Shown: piece after piece, positions 19,456-29,335 of the stretch
How positions within the stretch are numbered: position 1 is the stretch's first letter
Layout of the letters: each line of letters opens with the position of its first letter
From: Candidatus Velthaea sp.
GTDB taxonomy: Bacteria > Vulcanimicrobiota > Vulcanimicrobiia > Vulcanimicrobiales > Vulcanimicrobiaceae
Assembly (NCBI GenBank): GCA_965214935.1
Contig: CBDCCS010000011.1
Location: forward strand, 96,001 to 160,000
Length of the DNA stretch: 64,000 bases
Direction of reading: 5' to 3'
The notes under the pieces: generated by a model
Told to the model about the DNA's origin: nothing
Databases searched by the model: none
Seen by the model: only the letters and a program-made list of their open reading frames with translations
Position numbers and translations under genes: made by a program

Positions 19456-20118
19456 CTAGTGAAAAAGTCCGGAGAGAATGTTGATGACGAGCGCGACGAT
19501 CGCGGTGTTGTATGCAAATGAGATTAGCGCATGGACGAGTGCAACGCGGCGTAGGCCGCTGTCGGTAATCGAAACATCCGAAACTTGAAACGTCATGCCG
19601 ATGACAAACGAAAAGTAAGCGAAGTCGTAGTCGTTCGGTTCGGTCGTACCGGGAAACGTTAGACCTCGCTGCGCGGAACCATCGTCATCGGAGTCAAAAT
19701 AATAAAGATGCGCGTAACGAAAAAGAAACATCGTGTGAATTAACAGCCAACCGACGATGACGGCGAGCAAACCGATTCCGTACAAAAAATACTTTTCGTT
19801 TATATTCGAGACATGCGGACCCCGGCCTAAAATGATGACGGCCGAAGCGAGTCCCGTGCAGACGCTCCCCAGCACGAGTGCAAGCACCACGTTGCGTCCC
19901 GGGTCTTCAACGGCGGCGCGGCACGCGGTATTGTCCGGATTGCTGTGCATCGCCAAAAACCAAAAAATGCCGATGAGGACGAGTCCTGCGGCATCGTAGG
20001 CGGCAACGCCGCGGGTCGCGCCGCCGATCCAACGCGGCGCAAAAAAAATGACGGCCAACGCCGTTGCAGCGGCCGCACTAAAACCGATGAATCGACCGCG
20101 CCACGGCGTCCGGATCAT
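19456..20118 (-). CDS. DUF1345-family membrane protein
   Basis: YAHLYY, GL.FPG..EP...DFAYFSFVIGMTFQVSDV. Confidence 0.88.
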   Translation of the reverse strand: MIRTPWRGRFIGFSAAAATALAVIFFAPRWIGGATRGVAAYDAAGLVLIGIFWFLAMHSNPDNTACRAAVEDPGRNVVLALVLGSVCTGLASAVIILGRGPHVSNINEKYFLYGIGLLAVIVGWLLIHTMFLFRYAHLYYFDSDDDGSAQRGLTFPGTTEPNDYDFAYFSFVIGMTFQVSDVSITDSGLRRVALVHALISFAYNTAIVALVINILSGLFH

Positions 20119-20144
20119 GAACCGGGCCCGGCGAACCGCCGTAC

Positions 20145-21596
20145 TTATGCGCCGGCCTCATGGCTAGCACACGGCGCCATGATCGCATCGCTCATACCAT
20201 GGATGAGCCGTTTATCGGCCGGTGCCACGGTCGCGAGGATGCCGCCCAGGCGCGTATCGTCTCCGACAACGAAATAGTACGGACAGAGACGCACGCGCCC
20301 ATCCATCGTGCGCACCGAATCGCTGCCGCGATCGTAATAATCGACGGTCACCCGGCGGCCTTTGTGAAAGCGCTGGAGGATATGCGGTGTTCGTGAATAC
20401 ATCGCTAGTGCCGAGGTCAGCGCTTCGTGCCACTCCTCTTTGGTTAAATCGTTGGCTACCCGCACGCCGCGCGAACCCCACGCAAGTTCGCTAAAACCGG
20501 ACGGCTTCACGACGTAGTCGCGCTCGCTCTTGCCCAGCGACTCGAGGTTCATCCAATCGCGTGCCGGCTGGCCGGCCGCCGTCAAACCCATGATTGCGGC
20601 ATGCGGTGGTAGCGGCCGCGGATCCATCACCCATGTTTGCGGAAAGATCGAAAGCAACCGGGAGAATACGGCGGCGCCGAGTTCTTTGGTCCAGAGCGCC
20701 GCGAGTTGCGGGTGGTGCAGCAGGGCAAAGGCGGACTTTTCTTCGAGCTGTGCCTTCGGCGGCGGCGTCATCCGAACGCGATTATGCCGCGCTGCATACA
20801 GCATGAGTTCTTGCTTGGGAACATTGAGCAGATCGAAGAGCTCGAAATTGCGGTAGAGCACATCGATCTTCTCTTCGCGGCCGTCATCGAGCCGGGCGAA
20901 TAACGCATCTTCCGTGAAGATGACGGCCTGCGGCAGAACGACGTAGGCGTCGGCAACGCCGCGCACGCGCATCGCGTCCGCCAGCCAGCGCAGTTCATTG
21001 CGATAATCGGCCGATTCCTCGGAAACGACGATCGCCACGACCGGCCGCGGCTTTTGCGCCGTCGATGCCAGCATCGCAGCGAAACCGTCCGCCATCCCGT
21101 CGGTCTCGCCGACGGTGTCGAAACCAAGCTGACAGTATGTTTGCGCCATTGCCCCGACGAAGCCCATGCCGCCCGGTACGCTATCGAGTTCGCTTGCGAT
21201 GTAACCGCCGTCTTCGGTGAGAATGAGATCGGGCCGGATAACTTGCGGAACGTCCGATTTGAAGCGATTCTGGCGCGCCAGCTTGACGATCGCTTCGGGT
21301 TTGCCTTGATCGAGATATTCTGCAATGAATGCCGGTGCGCTGCCGCGCGCGCTGCGCGCATACAACGCCGACAAGGCGCGGTAAAAGGCGAGCAGCGGAG
21401 GACCGAGGCTGGCGATCCGTTCGATCGTTGCCGGCGCCAGCCGGAATGGTTCGGTCGCGACGCGCCAGGCAACCCCGCTTTGCACTTCGCCCGGCACGGC
21501 ATCGACGGTACGAAACAGGCCTGACGGCAAATGTTCGACGAGATACCGCCCGCGCTCGGTCGAGGTGAGGTCGGGGGCAATCGCCGTACAGCCCAT
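20145..21596 (-). CDS. Uncharacterised ATP-grasp-like amide ligase (circularly permuted / glutathionylspermidine-synthase-like)
   Basis: RPDLIL..SELD..PGG, VVKPSG...GSRGV, ILQRF, RLCPYYF motif order. Confidence 0.6.
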   Translation of the reverse strand: MGCTAIAPDLTSTERGRYLVEHLPSGLFRTVDAVPGEVQSGVAWRVATEPFRLAPATIERIASLGPPLLAFYRALSALYARSARGSAPAFIAEYLDQGKPEAIVKLARQNRFKSDVPQVIRPDLILTEDGGYIASELDSVPGGMGFVGAMAQTYCQLGFDTVGETDGMADGFAAMLASTAQKPRPVVAIVVSEESADYRNELRWLADAMRVRGVADAYVVLPQAVIFTEDALFARLDDGREEKIDVLYRNFELFDLLNVPKQELMLYAARHNRVRMTPPPKAQLEEKSAFALLHHPQLAALWTKELGAAVFSRLLSIFPQTWVMDPRPLPPHAAIMGLTAAGQPARDWMNLESLGKSERDYVVKPSGFSELAWGSRGVRVANDLTKEEWHEALTSALAMYSRTPHILQRFHKGRRVTVDYYDRGSDSVRTMDGRVRLCPYYFVVGDDTRLGGILATVAPADKRLIHGMSDAIMAPCASHEAGA

Positions 21597-21679
21597 CGGC
21601 TATCTCTTACACGCCATGTCGTGGATTCCAAACCTGGCTGCCGCCGAGCGGTTGCGCGCTGCCGCGCATCGGCCAAGCT

Positions 21680-22057
21680 CTACTTTACCGGCGTTGCTCC
21701 GGGCAATGCCAGCGCATGCTCGAGGCCGACGAATCCACGCCGATACGCCAGCGTCATATGCAACGTACGCCGAATCCCCAGCGGACCCAAATCGACGTCG
21801 TCGATCGTATGCGAAATCGCCGCACCGGCGACAACCGCGAACGTAATGGATCGCGCGAGCGTTCTGCCTCCGGAGACAAACGTTTGGCTGACGGTTACGC
21901 CGGGTGCGCCGGCTCCGGCGGGAATGCAAAACATCGCCGTGACGCCGGTTCCATTGAGCGCAAAGCTGTCGTGAGTGCAATGCGGCGATTGCGCGTTCAC
22001 CGGCTGAAGGCAGCCGAGCGCAAGACCCAAACCGATCGCGAACCGCGGCAACACCAT
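21680..22057 (-). CDS. Exported hypothetical protein
   Basis: Signal-peptide-like N-terminus (VNA/Q); beta-rich mature region with two Cys. Confidence 0.6.
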   Translation of the reverse strand: MVLPRFAIGLGLALGCLQPVNAQSPHCTHDSFALNGTGVTAMFCIPAGAGAPGVTVSQTFVSGGRTLARSITFAVVAGAAISHTIDDVDLGPLGIRRTLHMTLAYRRGFVGLEHALALPGATPVK

Positions 22058-22134
22058 CGATCGCTAAACGGCCGGCAGCAGACGGGCGTTGCACATGGAG
22101 TTATCGCCGCATGCCGAACAACCGATAGGAAACC

Positions 22135-22956
22135 ATGCCCGACATCGAACTCATCGCGCTCGACCTCGACGGAACGCTTCTCGCCGCAGATGAAAGCATC
22201 TCGGTTGCCAACCGAACGGCAATCGCCGGGGCGCTGGACGCCGGCATACGGGTGGTGCTCGTCACCGGGCGCGGCGTCGATACGCCGATTCGTGTTTCGC
22301 GCGACCTCGGCTTGAATTTACCGGTGATCTGCTGTCACGGCGCACTGACGAAAGATTTCGGCGCCAACCGGACGCTCGTTCACATTCCGGTGCCCATGCA
22401 GTACGCGCGGCCGATGATCGAATACGCCGAGCGTTCGGGACTTGCGCTGGCGGTGTACGTCGATGAGTATTTTTACCGGCTTGAAGGCTCGCATATCTAC
22501 ATGCAAGATATGACCGGCCCGGCTTGGCGTGAGGCGCGTTCGTTCGAAGAGGTGCTGCATGCCGCGCCGACGTTCATTCGCTTCCTGGGTGCCGAATCGG
22601 TCGCCGCCATGCAGCGTGAATTCGGCGACTTTCCGCTCGCGTTCCGGCACGAAACATGGAACGATTTTGTCGAGTGTGCGGTGCTTAGTCGTGAAGCCTC
22701 GAAGCAAACGGCGTTAGCCCGCTTGTGCGCCGATTTCGGAGTTCCGGCCGACCGCGTCCTTGCCGTCGGCGACTCGCGCAACGACGTTCCGATGATGCAG
22801 TGGGCCGGTATCGGCGTCGCGATGGGAAACGCGCTGCCCGAAGTGCGCCACGCGGTGCGCTTCGTGACCGCGAGCAACGAACGCGACGGCGTCGCTTTGG
22901 CAATTGAGAAATTTGCTTTGACCTCGACGCGCCTTCAACCCAAAAAGAGCGCTTGA
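22135..22956 (+). CDS. Cof-type HAD-IIB hydrolase
   Basis: LDLDGTLL, VTGR, GDSRND..M...G.GVAMGNA, N..DGVA. Confidence 0.93.
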   Translation: MPDIELIALDLDGTLLAADESISVANRTAIAGALDAGIRVVLVTGRGVDTPIRVSRDLGLNLPVICCHGALTKDFGANRTLVHIPVPMQYARPMIEYAERSGLALAVYVDEYFYRLEGSHIYMQDMTGPAWREARSFEEVLHAAPTFIRFLGAESVAAMQREFGDFPLAFRHETWNDFVECAVLSREASKQTALARLCADFGVPADRVLAVGDSRNDVPMMQWAGIGVAMGNALPEVRHAVRFVTASNERDGVALAIEKFALTSTRLQPKKSA

Positions 22957-23219
22957 TGAGCGTCGTCCCGGCACAGCCTTCACCTGATTACGAAGGTGCG
23001 TTACGCACCGTGCTCGCGCAACGCGATTGGCGGGCGTTACGCGAATTCTCGCGCGAACGCAATGACATTCCCGATGACGTCTACGCCCAAGATCAGCATT
23101 TTTGGGAAGTGCTCATGCACAAACTTACCGTCAACCGGTTTGACTTGCTGGCGCATCATGCGGATAGCCGGGCCTGGCTCGAAGGTCGCGGCTACACGAC
23201 GGATCTCGGCGGATTTTGA
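22956..23219 (+). CDS. Hypothetical protein
   Basis: Start overlaps upstream stop; protein-like composition; no family recognised. Confidence 0.65.
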   Translation: MSVVPAQPSPDYEGALRTVLAQRDWRALREFSRERNDIPDDVYAQDQHFWEVLMHKLTVNRFDLLAHHADSRAWLEGRGYTTDLGGF

Positions 23220-23480
23220 CGCCGCGCAGCGACATGACGCCGACACTCGGCCGGCGTGGGCGGGTCATGCGCGGCGATGTTCGCTAAACGCAGCGGCGAA
23301 GGTCTGCGCGCCGCGCCCGCGCGTTCGCATATTGCCGGTACGGAGGCGTGACTTGAATCGACCGATCGTCTCAACGTACCGCGCGCTGCTTCGATCGCCG
23401 CGTCGCCTGCGCGCATGCCGACGGAGCGGTGCGCGCTGCGCGAACGACCGCCTTGCCGTTCTGCAAAGTGACGGCCGTCC

Positions 23481-23726
23481 GTGCGGGTGAGCGTGCTTGC
23501 ATTTGCGCGCTTACGCGAAGTCTTCGGTTTTACGCAGCGAGACGTCGAGGTAACGGCCGACGCTACGCTCGAAGCGCTTTGGCTGCAGCTTGCCGCCGAC
23601 GCGCCCGACGCCCGAGCGTTGCGCCCTTCGACCCGGTTTGCGCGCAACGGCGCGTTGGCCGACGGTTCCGTCGCATTGCGCGACGGCGATGAAGTCGCTT
23701 TGATGCCGCCGGTCGGCGGCGGGTGA
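23481..23726 (+). CDS. moaD: Molybdopterin synthase sulfur carrier
   Basis: FARLRE, DGDEVA.MPPVGGG C-terminal diglycine. Confidence 0.92.
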   Translation: MRVSVLAFARLREVFGFTQRDVEVTADATLEALWLQLAADAPDARALRPSTRFARNGALADGSVALRDGDEVALMPPVGGG

Positions 23727-24157
23727 TGCTCGCGCTCGTTGCAGCCCCGATCGACCTCGGGCAACTCGTCCAAAGCGTTCGGACGGATGCCTGCGGCGCG
23801 ATCGTAACGTTCTTTGGTGTCGTTCGCGAGTCGTCTGCCGGCGACTCGCGGCGGGTCACAAGCATTCGTTATGAAGCGTATGCGGCGCTGGCCGAAGCGC
23901 AGATGGGGGCAATCGCAGCGCAGGCGGTTCACCGCTTCGGTCCACTCGAAATTGCGATCGTTCAGCGTACCGGCGAAGTTGCGTTAGGCGAAGCCAGCAT
24001 CGCGATCGCCGTGGCCGCAGCGCATCGCGACGCTGCCTTCGATGCCTGCGAATTCATCATCGATGAGATCAAGCTGCACGCCGCGGTTTGGAAGCAAGAA
24101 GTCTTCGCGGACGGCCGAAGCGCCTGGCGGGATAACCCACCCGCCGTGCCGCGCTAA
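23726..24157 (+). CDS. moaE: Molybdopterin synthase catalytic subunit
   Basis: GAIVTF.G.VR, YEAY..LAE, HR..AF.AC..IID.IK...WK.E. Confidence 0.92.
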   Translation: MLALVAAPIDLGQLVQSVRTDACGAIVTFFGVVRESSAGDSRRVTSIRYEAYAALAEAQMGAIAAQAVHRFGPLEIAIVQRTGEVALGEASIAIAVAAAHRDAAFDACEFIIDEIKLHAAVWKQEVFADGRSAWRDNPPAVPR

Positions 24158-24182
24158 GCGCGACCGGCCGGTAAGTCCGACA

Positions 24183-24935
24183 ATGAACGTCGAATTGCTG
24201 CGCGCACCGGCGGCGGCCGGCGAGATTGCGGTGCTGGCTTACCAAGCGCGCCGGCCGCGCGGGATAACGCTGGTCGCCGGGCACGGGTATTCGAGCTCGA
24301 AACAGAATCTCGACGGCTTGTGTGCGTTTCTTGCCTCCCACGGCTTCGAGGTGTACGCGCTCGACTTTCCCGGCCATAAGCTCGGTGCCAGCGGCGGGCG
24401 GTTGCGATCGGTCGACGACCTCGTCGATGCGTTCGCCGCGGTCGTCCGATTGGCCCGGCATCGCGGTGCTTCCACGGTCTATTCGCTGGGCCATAGCATG
24501 GGCGCGGTAGCGGCGCTCTGTGCCGCGGCCGCCGACCGGCAAATCGCCGGCGTTATCTCGATTGCCACCGGTGATGGCCGGCCGCGTGCGCTTGCGGCGC
24601 TGGCGGGGCGGGGCGTCATCGATTTGCGTTCGTCTTATGTCGACGGCTTGACGCTACCCGAGATTGCGGTGCAATGGGAGCCGCTGCTCGAACGGGCGCC
24701 GGCACAGATCGCGGGCCGGCCGGTAATTTTCGTTGCAGCGCAAGCCGACGCCATGGTGACCGAGGCGAGCGTCCGCAATCTGTTCGAGCGAGCCGCCGAG
24801 CCGAAATCATTTGCCGTTATCAGCGGCAACCATACCTTCGCCGGGGAAAACGCGCGCGCGGCCGTGCTGGACTGGCTCAACAATCTTCATCCGCGTGCAC
24901 GGACCGCTGCGGATCCCAAGGCTGTCGGCGCGTGA
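24183..24935 (+). CDS. Alpha/beta-fold hydrolase
   Basis: HGY, DFPGH, GHSMG nucleophile elbow, C-terminal GNH. Confidence 0.85.
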   Translation: MNVELLRAPAAAGEIAVLAYQARRPRGITLVAGHGYSSSKQNLDGLCAFLASHGFEVYALDFPGHKLGASGGRLRSVDDLVDAFAAVVRLARHRGASTVYSLGHSMGAVAALCAAAADRQIAGVISIATGDGRPRALAALAGRGVIDLRSSYVDGLTLPEIAVQWEPLLERAPAQIAGRPVIFVAAQADAMVTEASVRNLFERAAEPKSFAVISGNHTFAGENARAAVLDWLNNLHPRARTAADPKAVGA

Positions 24936-26056
24936 CGTCGCTGGCCGGCCGCGCCGAGTTACGCCGCTACAGCCGGCATCTGCTCATCCCCGAAGTCGGT
25001 TTGGCCGGGCAAGAGAAACTGAGCGCAGCCCGCGTGCTGTGCATTGGAGCCGGCGGACTCGGCTCGCCGGTTCTCGCCTACCTCGCCGCCGCCGGCGTCG
25101 GACGGATCGGCATCGTCGACGACGATCGGGTCGACGTCACCAACCTGCAGCGCCAGATCTTGTATACGACGGGCGATATCGGAGCACCCAAAGCCGCTAC
25201 TGCGGCCGAACGGCTACGAGCGCTGAACCCGCAGATTTCGATCGACCCGATCGGCGTGCGTTTTGATGCGCACAATGCGCGCGAACTCGTACGTCTCTAT
25301 GACGTCGTCGTCGACGGCACCGATACGTTCGAGTCGCGGTACCTCATCAACGATGCTTGCGTGCTTGAAGCCAAGCCGGACGTCTACGGAGCGATCTTTC
25401 GGTTCGACGGGCAAGTCTCGATTTTCGGCGCTCCGGAGGGGCCGTGCTACCGCTGTCTGTATCCGCAACCGCCGCCCGCGCATCTCGTCCCGACGTGCGC
25501 CGAAGGCGGCGTCCTCGGCGTGCTCGCCGGCATCGTCGGCACGTGGCAAGCATCGGAGGCGCTCAAACTGCTTTTGGGCATCGGTACACCGCTCGTCGGC
25601 CGGCTCTTACTGATCGATGCACTCGACGCACGCATCCGGGACGTGCGGATCGCCAAAGATCCCGGCTGTCCGGTCTGTGGAACGAACCCGTCGATCCGGG
25701 AACCGGGCGAACTGCTGACGCCGGCGCCTGCTCCGCAGCGCGTCGCCGAAGTCGACGCGGCGCACCTCGATGCATTGCTGGCCACTGATAACGCCATCCG
25801 CGTGCTCGACGTACGCGACGTCCACGAGCGCATACTGGGAGCCGTTCCCGGTGCGATTGAAATCCCCGTCGCCGAACTCGACGCGCGATTAGCGGAACTC
25901 GATAGCGCGCGAACCTATGTGCTTGCCTGTCGCGTCGGAGCAAAGTCGCGTTGGGCTGCCGAACGGTTGCACGACGCGGGTTTTCGCAAACTTTTTCACC
26001 TCCGCGACGGCCTGTTGGCATACGCTGCGCTCGACGCTGCGTTCGACATTTACTAA
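24932..26056 (+). CDS. moeB: Molybdopterin-synthase adenylyltransferase with C-terminal rhodanese domain
   Basis: RYSRHLL.PEVG..GQ.KL, GAGGLGSP, NLQRQ, CYRC, CAEGGVLG; rhodanese C..G.KS. Confidence 0.93.
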   Translation: MTSLAGRAELRRYSRHLLIPEVGLAGQEKLSAARVLCIGAGGLGSPVLAYLAAAGVGRIGIVDDDRVDVTNLQRQILYTTGDIGAPKAATAAERLRALNPQISIDPIGVRFDAHNARELVRLYDVVVDGTDTFESRYLINDACVLEAKPDVYGAIFRFDGQVSIFGAPEGPCYRCLYPQPPPAHLVPTCAEGGVLGVLAGIVGTWQASEALKLLLGIGTPLVGRLLLIDALDARIRDVRIAKDPGCPVCGTNPSIREPGELLTPAPAPQRVAEVDAAHLDALLATDNAIRVLDVRDVHERILGAVPGAIEIPVAELDARLAELDSARTYVLACRVGAKSRWAAERLHDAGFRKLFHLRDGLLAYAALDAAFDIY

Positions 26057-26103
26057 CGCCGAACTCCACTGCCGCGCGACGCGCGCATCCTCCGAAAGCA
26101 AGC

Positions 26104-26634
26104 GTGTTACAAGCATTCGATACGAAGTTCGCGGCTGCGAAAATTTTCGTTCCCGACGTGTACGACGACGACCGCGGGTATTTCAAAGAAACGTTTTCAA
26201 CGCCCAAGTACGCGGCGCTCGGCATCGCGACCACGCACTGGGAGCAAGATTCGTCATCGTGGTCGACGCGCAACGTCATTCGCGGCATTCACTATGATTT
26301 TCGCATGGCCAAACTCGTGCAGTGCCTGCATGGCCGTATCTTCGACGTCATCGTCGATTTGCAACGCGATTCGCGCACGTATCTCAACTGGCAAGGCTTT
26401 CTTTTGTCGGCGAGCAACCACCGTCAGCTCTACGTTCCGCCGGGCTTCGGCCACGGCTTCATCGCCCTCGATGATGAAGTCGTCGTGCACTATAAAAATA
26501 GCGTAGCCTACGATCCGGCCAGCGAAGGTGCCGTCAGTTGGCGCAATCCACGGGTCGGTATCGAATGGCCGCTCGTCGGCGAGCCGCGTTTGTCGGCCAA
26601 AGATGCCGCCGTCCCGCTCGATGCACTACCATGA
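26104..26634 (+). CDS. rfbC: dTDP-4-dehydrorhamnose 3,5-epimerase
   Basis: D.RGYF.ETF, RGIHY, KLV.C..G.IFDV.VD, LYVP.GF.HGF. Confidence 0.92.
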   Translation: MLQAFDTKFAAAKIFVPDVYDDDRGYFKETFSTPKYAALGIATTHWEQDSSSWSTRNVIRGIHYDFRMAKLVQCLHGRIFDVIVDLQRDSRTYLNWQGFLLSASNHRQLYVPPGFGHGFIALDDEVVVHYKNSVAYDPASEGAVSWRNPRVGIEWPLVGEPRLSAKDAAVPLDALP

Positions 26635-27479
26635 TTGTTAAACGCTTCGGCGCAGCGAACGTGCCGGTCGCTGCGTTCGGCCAAGGAAGCTGGAATACGC
26701 CCTTGCGCGGGACGGCTGCACAAGACGCCAAACGCGCCCTTCAACGCGGCGTCGAACTCGGGATGACGCACATCGATACGGCTGAAATGTACGGTGACGG
26801 CGGCTCCGAGCGGCTGATCGGCGAGGCGATCAGCGGCCTGCCGCGCGAAGCGCTGTTCATCGTCTCAAAAGTATTGCCGTCGAATGCAACCTACGGCGGA
26901 ACGATCGCGGCCTGCGAAGCCTCACTCAAGCGCTTGGGTTGCGACTATCTCGATGCGTATTTGTTGCATTGGCGCGGCAGCGTTCCGCTGCGCGAAACGA
27001 TGCGCGCGATGGAACGGCTCGTTGCGGACGGCAAGATCCGTGCGCTGGGTGTCAGCAACTTCGACGTCGACGATCTGCGTGAAGCGCAGGCTGCGCTCGA
27101 ACGTGAAGTGCTGGCCTGCAATCAAGTGCTTTATCATCTCGGCGAGCGCACGATCGAAGCGCACGAAATCGAGTTTTGCCGCGCCAACGACATCGCCGTC
27201 GTCGCCTACACACCGTTCGGCCGCGGCGACTATGAAGATCGGCCCGGCTTCAGCGTCCTCGAAGCGATCGCCCAGCAGCACGGTGCGACCGTGCGCGGGG
27301 TTATTCTCGCGTTTCTGACCCGCGATCCGCTTACGTTCAGCATCCCCAAAGCGGCGTCGGTAGCGCACGTCGAGGAAAATGCGCGGGCCGCGAACGTTGC
27401 GCTCGATGCCGCTCAAATTGCGGCAATCGACGCTGCGTTTCCGGTGCATCGGCGCCGCGGTGGACTACCGTCGCTTTGA
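26631..27479 (+). CDS. Aldo/keto reductase
   Basis: IDTAEMYG.G.SE, SL.RL..DYLD.YLLHW, GVSNF, IPKA. Confidence 0.93.
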   Translation: MIVKRFGAANVPVAAFGQGSWNTPLRGTAAQDAKRALQRGVELGMTHIDTAEMYGDGGSERLIGEAISGLPREALFIVSKVLPSNATYGGTIAACEASLKRLGCDYLDAYLLHWRGSVPLRETMRAMERLVADGKIRALGVSNFDVDDLREAQAALEREVLACNQVLYHLGERTIEAHEIEFCRANDIAVVAYTPFGRGDYEDRPGFSVLEAIAQQHGATVRGVILAFLTRDPLTFSIPKAASVAHVEENARAANVALDAAQIAAIDAAFPVHRRRGGLPSL

Positions 27480-28609
27480 ACCTCGATCGCGCGGCGGTCA
27501 TCGCCGCAGCGCGTAGCGCCGGTGCCGATGCCGTCCGCATCGCGCCGGCCGATGCGCTCCTGCCGACGCGTGACGCGCTGAGCGCGGCGTTCGCGCGCGG
27601 CGATCTTGCGACATGGCCGTACGACGCGGCGTATGCTTCGCGCGCGGCCGACCCGCGAACGCTGCTGGCGGATGCCCGCAGCGTTATCTGCATCGCTGTT
27701 GCGTACGCGACGCCGGCTGCGCGATCTCCGGCGCGCGGGCGCGGCCGCGTCTCGAACTATGCCTGGTCGGCCGATTATCATCGCAAGCTGCGCGCGGTAC
27801 TCGGGCAGATTGCCGCAGCGATCGATGCACTGGCCGGCGAGCCGGTGACGGCGGTCGCCTGCGATACCGCGCCGATTGCCGAACGGGCGTTTGCCGAGCG
27901 CGCGGGACTCGGCTGGATCGGCAAACATACCAACCTGATCGCGCCGGGCATCGGCTCGTTCGTTTTCTTAGGCGAGGTGGTGACGTCGCTGAGCCTCGCG
28001 CCGGACGCGCCGCTGCGCAAGACGTGCGGCGCCTGCCGGCGCTGCGTCGACGCGTGTCCGACCGGCGCGTTGCGCGGTGATTACACGATCGATGCAACGC
28101 GCTGCATCTCCGACTTGACGCAACGCAAAGATCCGATCCCGCGCGCCTTACGCGCGATGTGCGGCGACTGGGTGTGGGGCTGCGACCTATGCCAAGACGT
28201 CTGCCCGCCGACACGCCGCGGGCGTTTCGGATCGGCTGATTTCGCACCGCTCGACCAAGAAGCCGCCGCGCCGCCTCTGGCGACGCTCTTGAGTTTGCGC
28301 AGTGCGGATTTTAGACGGCGCTACGCGCGCACCGCGATGGGTTGGCGCGGCGCAGCGACGCTACGCCGCAACGCGGCGGTTGCGCTTGGCAACGGGCTTG
28401 ACCGGGCCGACGTGCCGGCGCTGGGCGTTGCGCTCAGCGACGACGTCAACGCCGGCGTGCGCGGCCACGCGGCTTGGGCGCTCGGCCGCATCGGCTCGCC
28501 GCAGGCCCGAGTGCTGCTTGCCGGCGCGCGCGAACGCGAGACGGATTCCTGGGTGCAGTCTGAGATTGCGGCGGCACTGGAACCGGCAACGATCGTGCCC
28601 GCGTTGTAG
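27476..28609 (+). CDS. queG: tRNA epoxyqueuosine reductase
   Basis: YAW..DYH, AGLGWIGK, CGACRRCVDACPTGA, GCDLCQDVCP, HEAT-like tail. Confidence 0.93.
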   Translation: MNLDRAAVIAAARSAGADAVRIAPADALLPTRDALSAAFARGDLATWPYDAAYASRAADPRTLLADARSVICIAVAYATPAARSPARGRGRVSNYAWSADYHRKLRAVLGQIAAAIDALAGEPVTAVACDTAPIAERAFAERAGLGWIGKHTNLIAPGIGSFVFLGEVVTSLSLAPDAPLRKTCGACRRCVDACPTGALRGDYTIDATRCISDLTQRKDPIPRALRAMCGDWVWGCDLCQDVCPPTRRGRFGSADFAPLDQEAAAPPLATLLSLRSADFRRRYARTAMGWRGAATLRRNAAVALGNGLDRADVPALGVALSDDVNAGVRGHAAWALGRIGSPQARVLLAGARERETDSWVQSEIAAALEPATIVPAL

Positions 28610-28612
28610 CAC

Positions 28613-29260
28613 GTGATGATCATTCGCCGCACGTGCCTTTCGCTCGCCGTCGCCCTCGCGTTGAGCGCCGCGCCGTCGCTTGCCGACGACACCGCTCCGT
28701 CCGCCGTAAACGACGTTTACGCGCGCATGCAGCGCGTCAACACCAATCTCGGCTCGTACCAGGCGGACGTTACCGTGGCGATCCTCACCCATGGTCCACC
28801 GTTCATCAGCCCGACCTTGCAAGGCAAAGTCTATTATAAAAAGCCCGATAAAAATGCGGTGGTATTCGATACCGTTCCGTTTATCGCACAACAAGCAAAA
28901 CATGTCGTCGCACAACTCGAGCCGCCCGCCCAATGGCCGCAACTCTACGATGTTACGCCGGTTTCCGATGACGGTACGACGGCAAACTTCCGGCTAGTCC
29001 GCAAAAAGGCCGGCCGGATCGATCACGTCGACGTTAAAGTCGACGATAAAACGGCGACCGTTACGGCGATGGTCTATTTTTATCGCGACAACGGCGGGAC
29101 GATCGCGTTTGCGCAATCCTACGATCGAGTCGGCGACGACTATGTCGTCAAGCAGCAAAGCGGCAAAGTCGACATCCCGCATTACAATGCCGATGTGACG
29201 TCGACGTTTTCGCATTACGAGCTCAACGTCGCCGTGCCCGATACGGTCTTTGATCCGTAA
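28613..29260 (+). CDS. Exported LolA-like beta protein
   Basis: Signal peptide (SLA/D); G.VYYKKPDK; C-terminal N..VPD.VF. Confidence 0.6.
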   Translation: MMIIRRTCLSLAVALALSAAPSLADDTAPSAVNDVYARMQRVNTNLGSYQADVTVAILTHGPPFISPTLQGKVYYKKPDKNAVVFDTVPFIAQQAKHVVAQLEPPAQWPQLYDVTPVSDDGTTANFRLVRKKAGRIDHVDVKVDDKTATVTAMVYFYRDNGGTIAFAQSYDRVGDDYVVKQQSGKVDIPHYNADVTSTFSHYELNVAVPDTVFDP

Positions 29261-29335
29261 CGCTCGCGCGCAGCGTTGCCGGCCGCGGTTGGGAACCTCA
29301 CAGGCGGGCTCATGCCGGGCGGGAATCTTCTGCGT

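Noticed and set aside
23353..23490. 45-codon ORF with GGAGG upstream, ending in PCG, before moaD
   Set aside because: Arg-rich shadow-like composition, TTG start, no similarity to the PACG peptides beyond the last two residues
29261..29335. Possible Moco riboswitch upstream of moaA
   Set aside because: No recognisable consensus elements by eye; the interval is short
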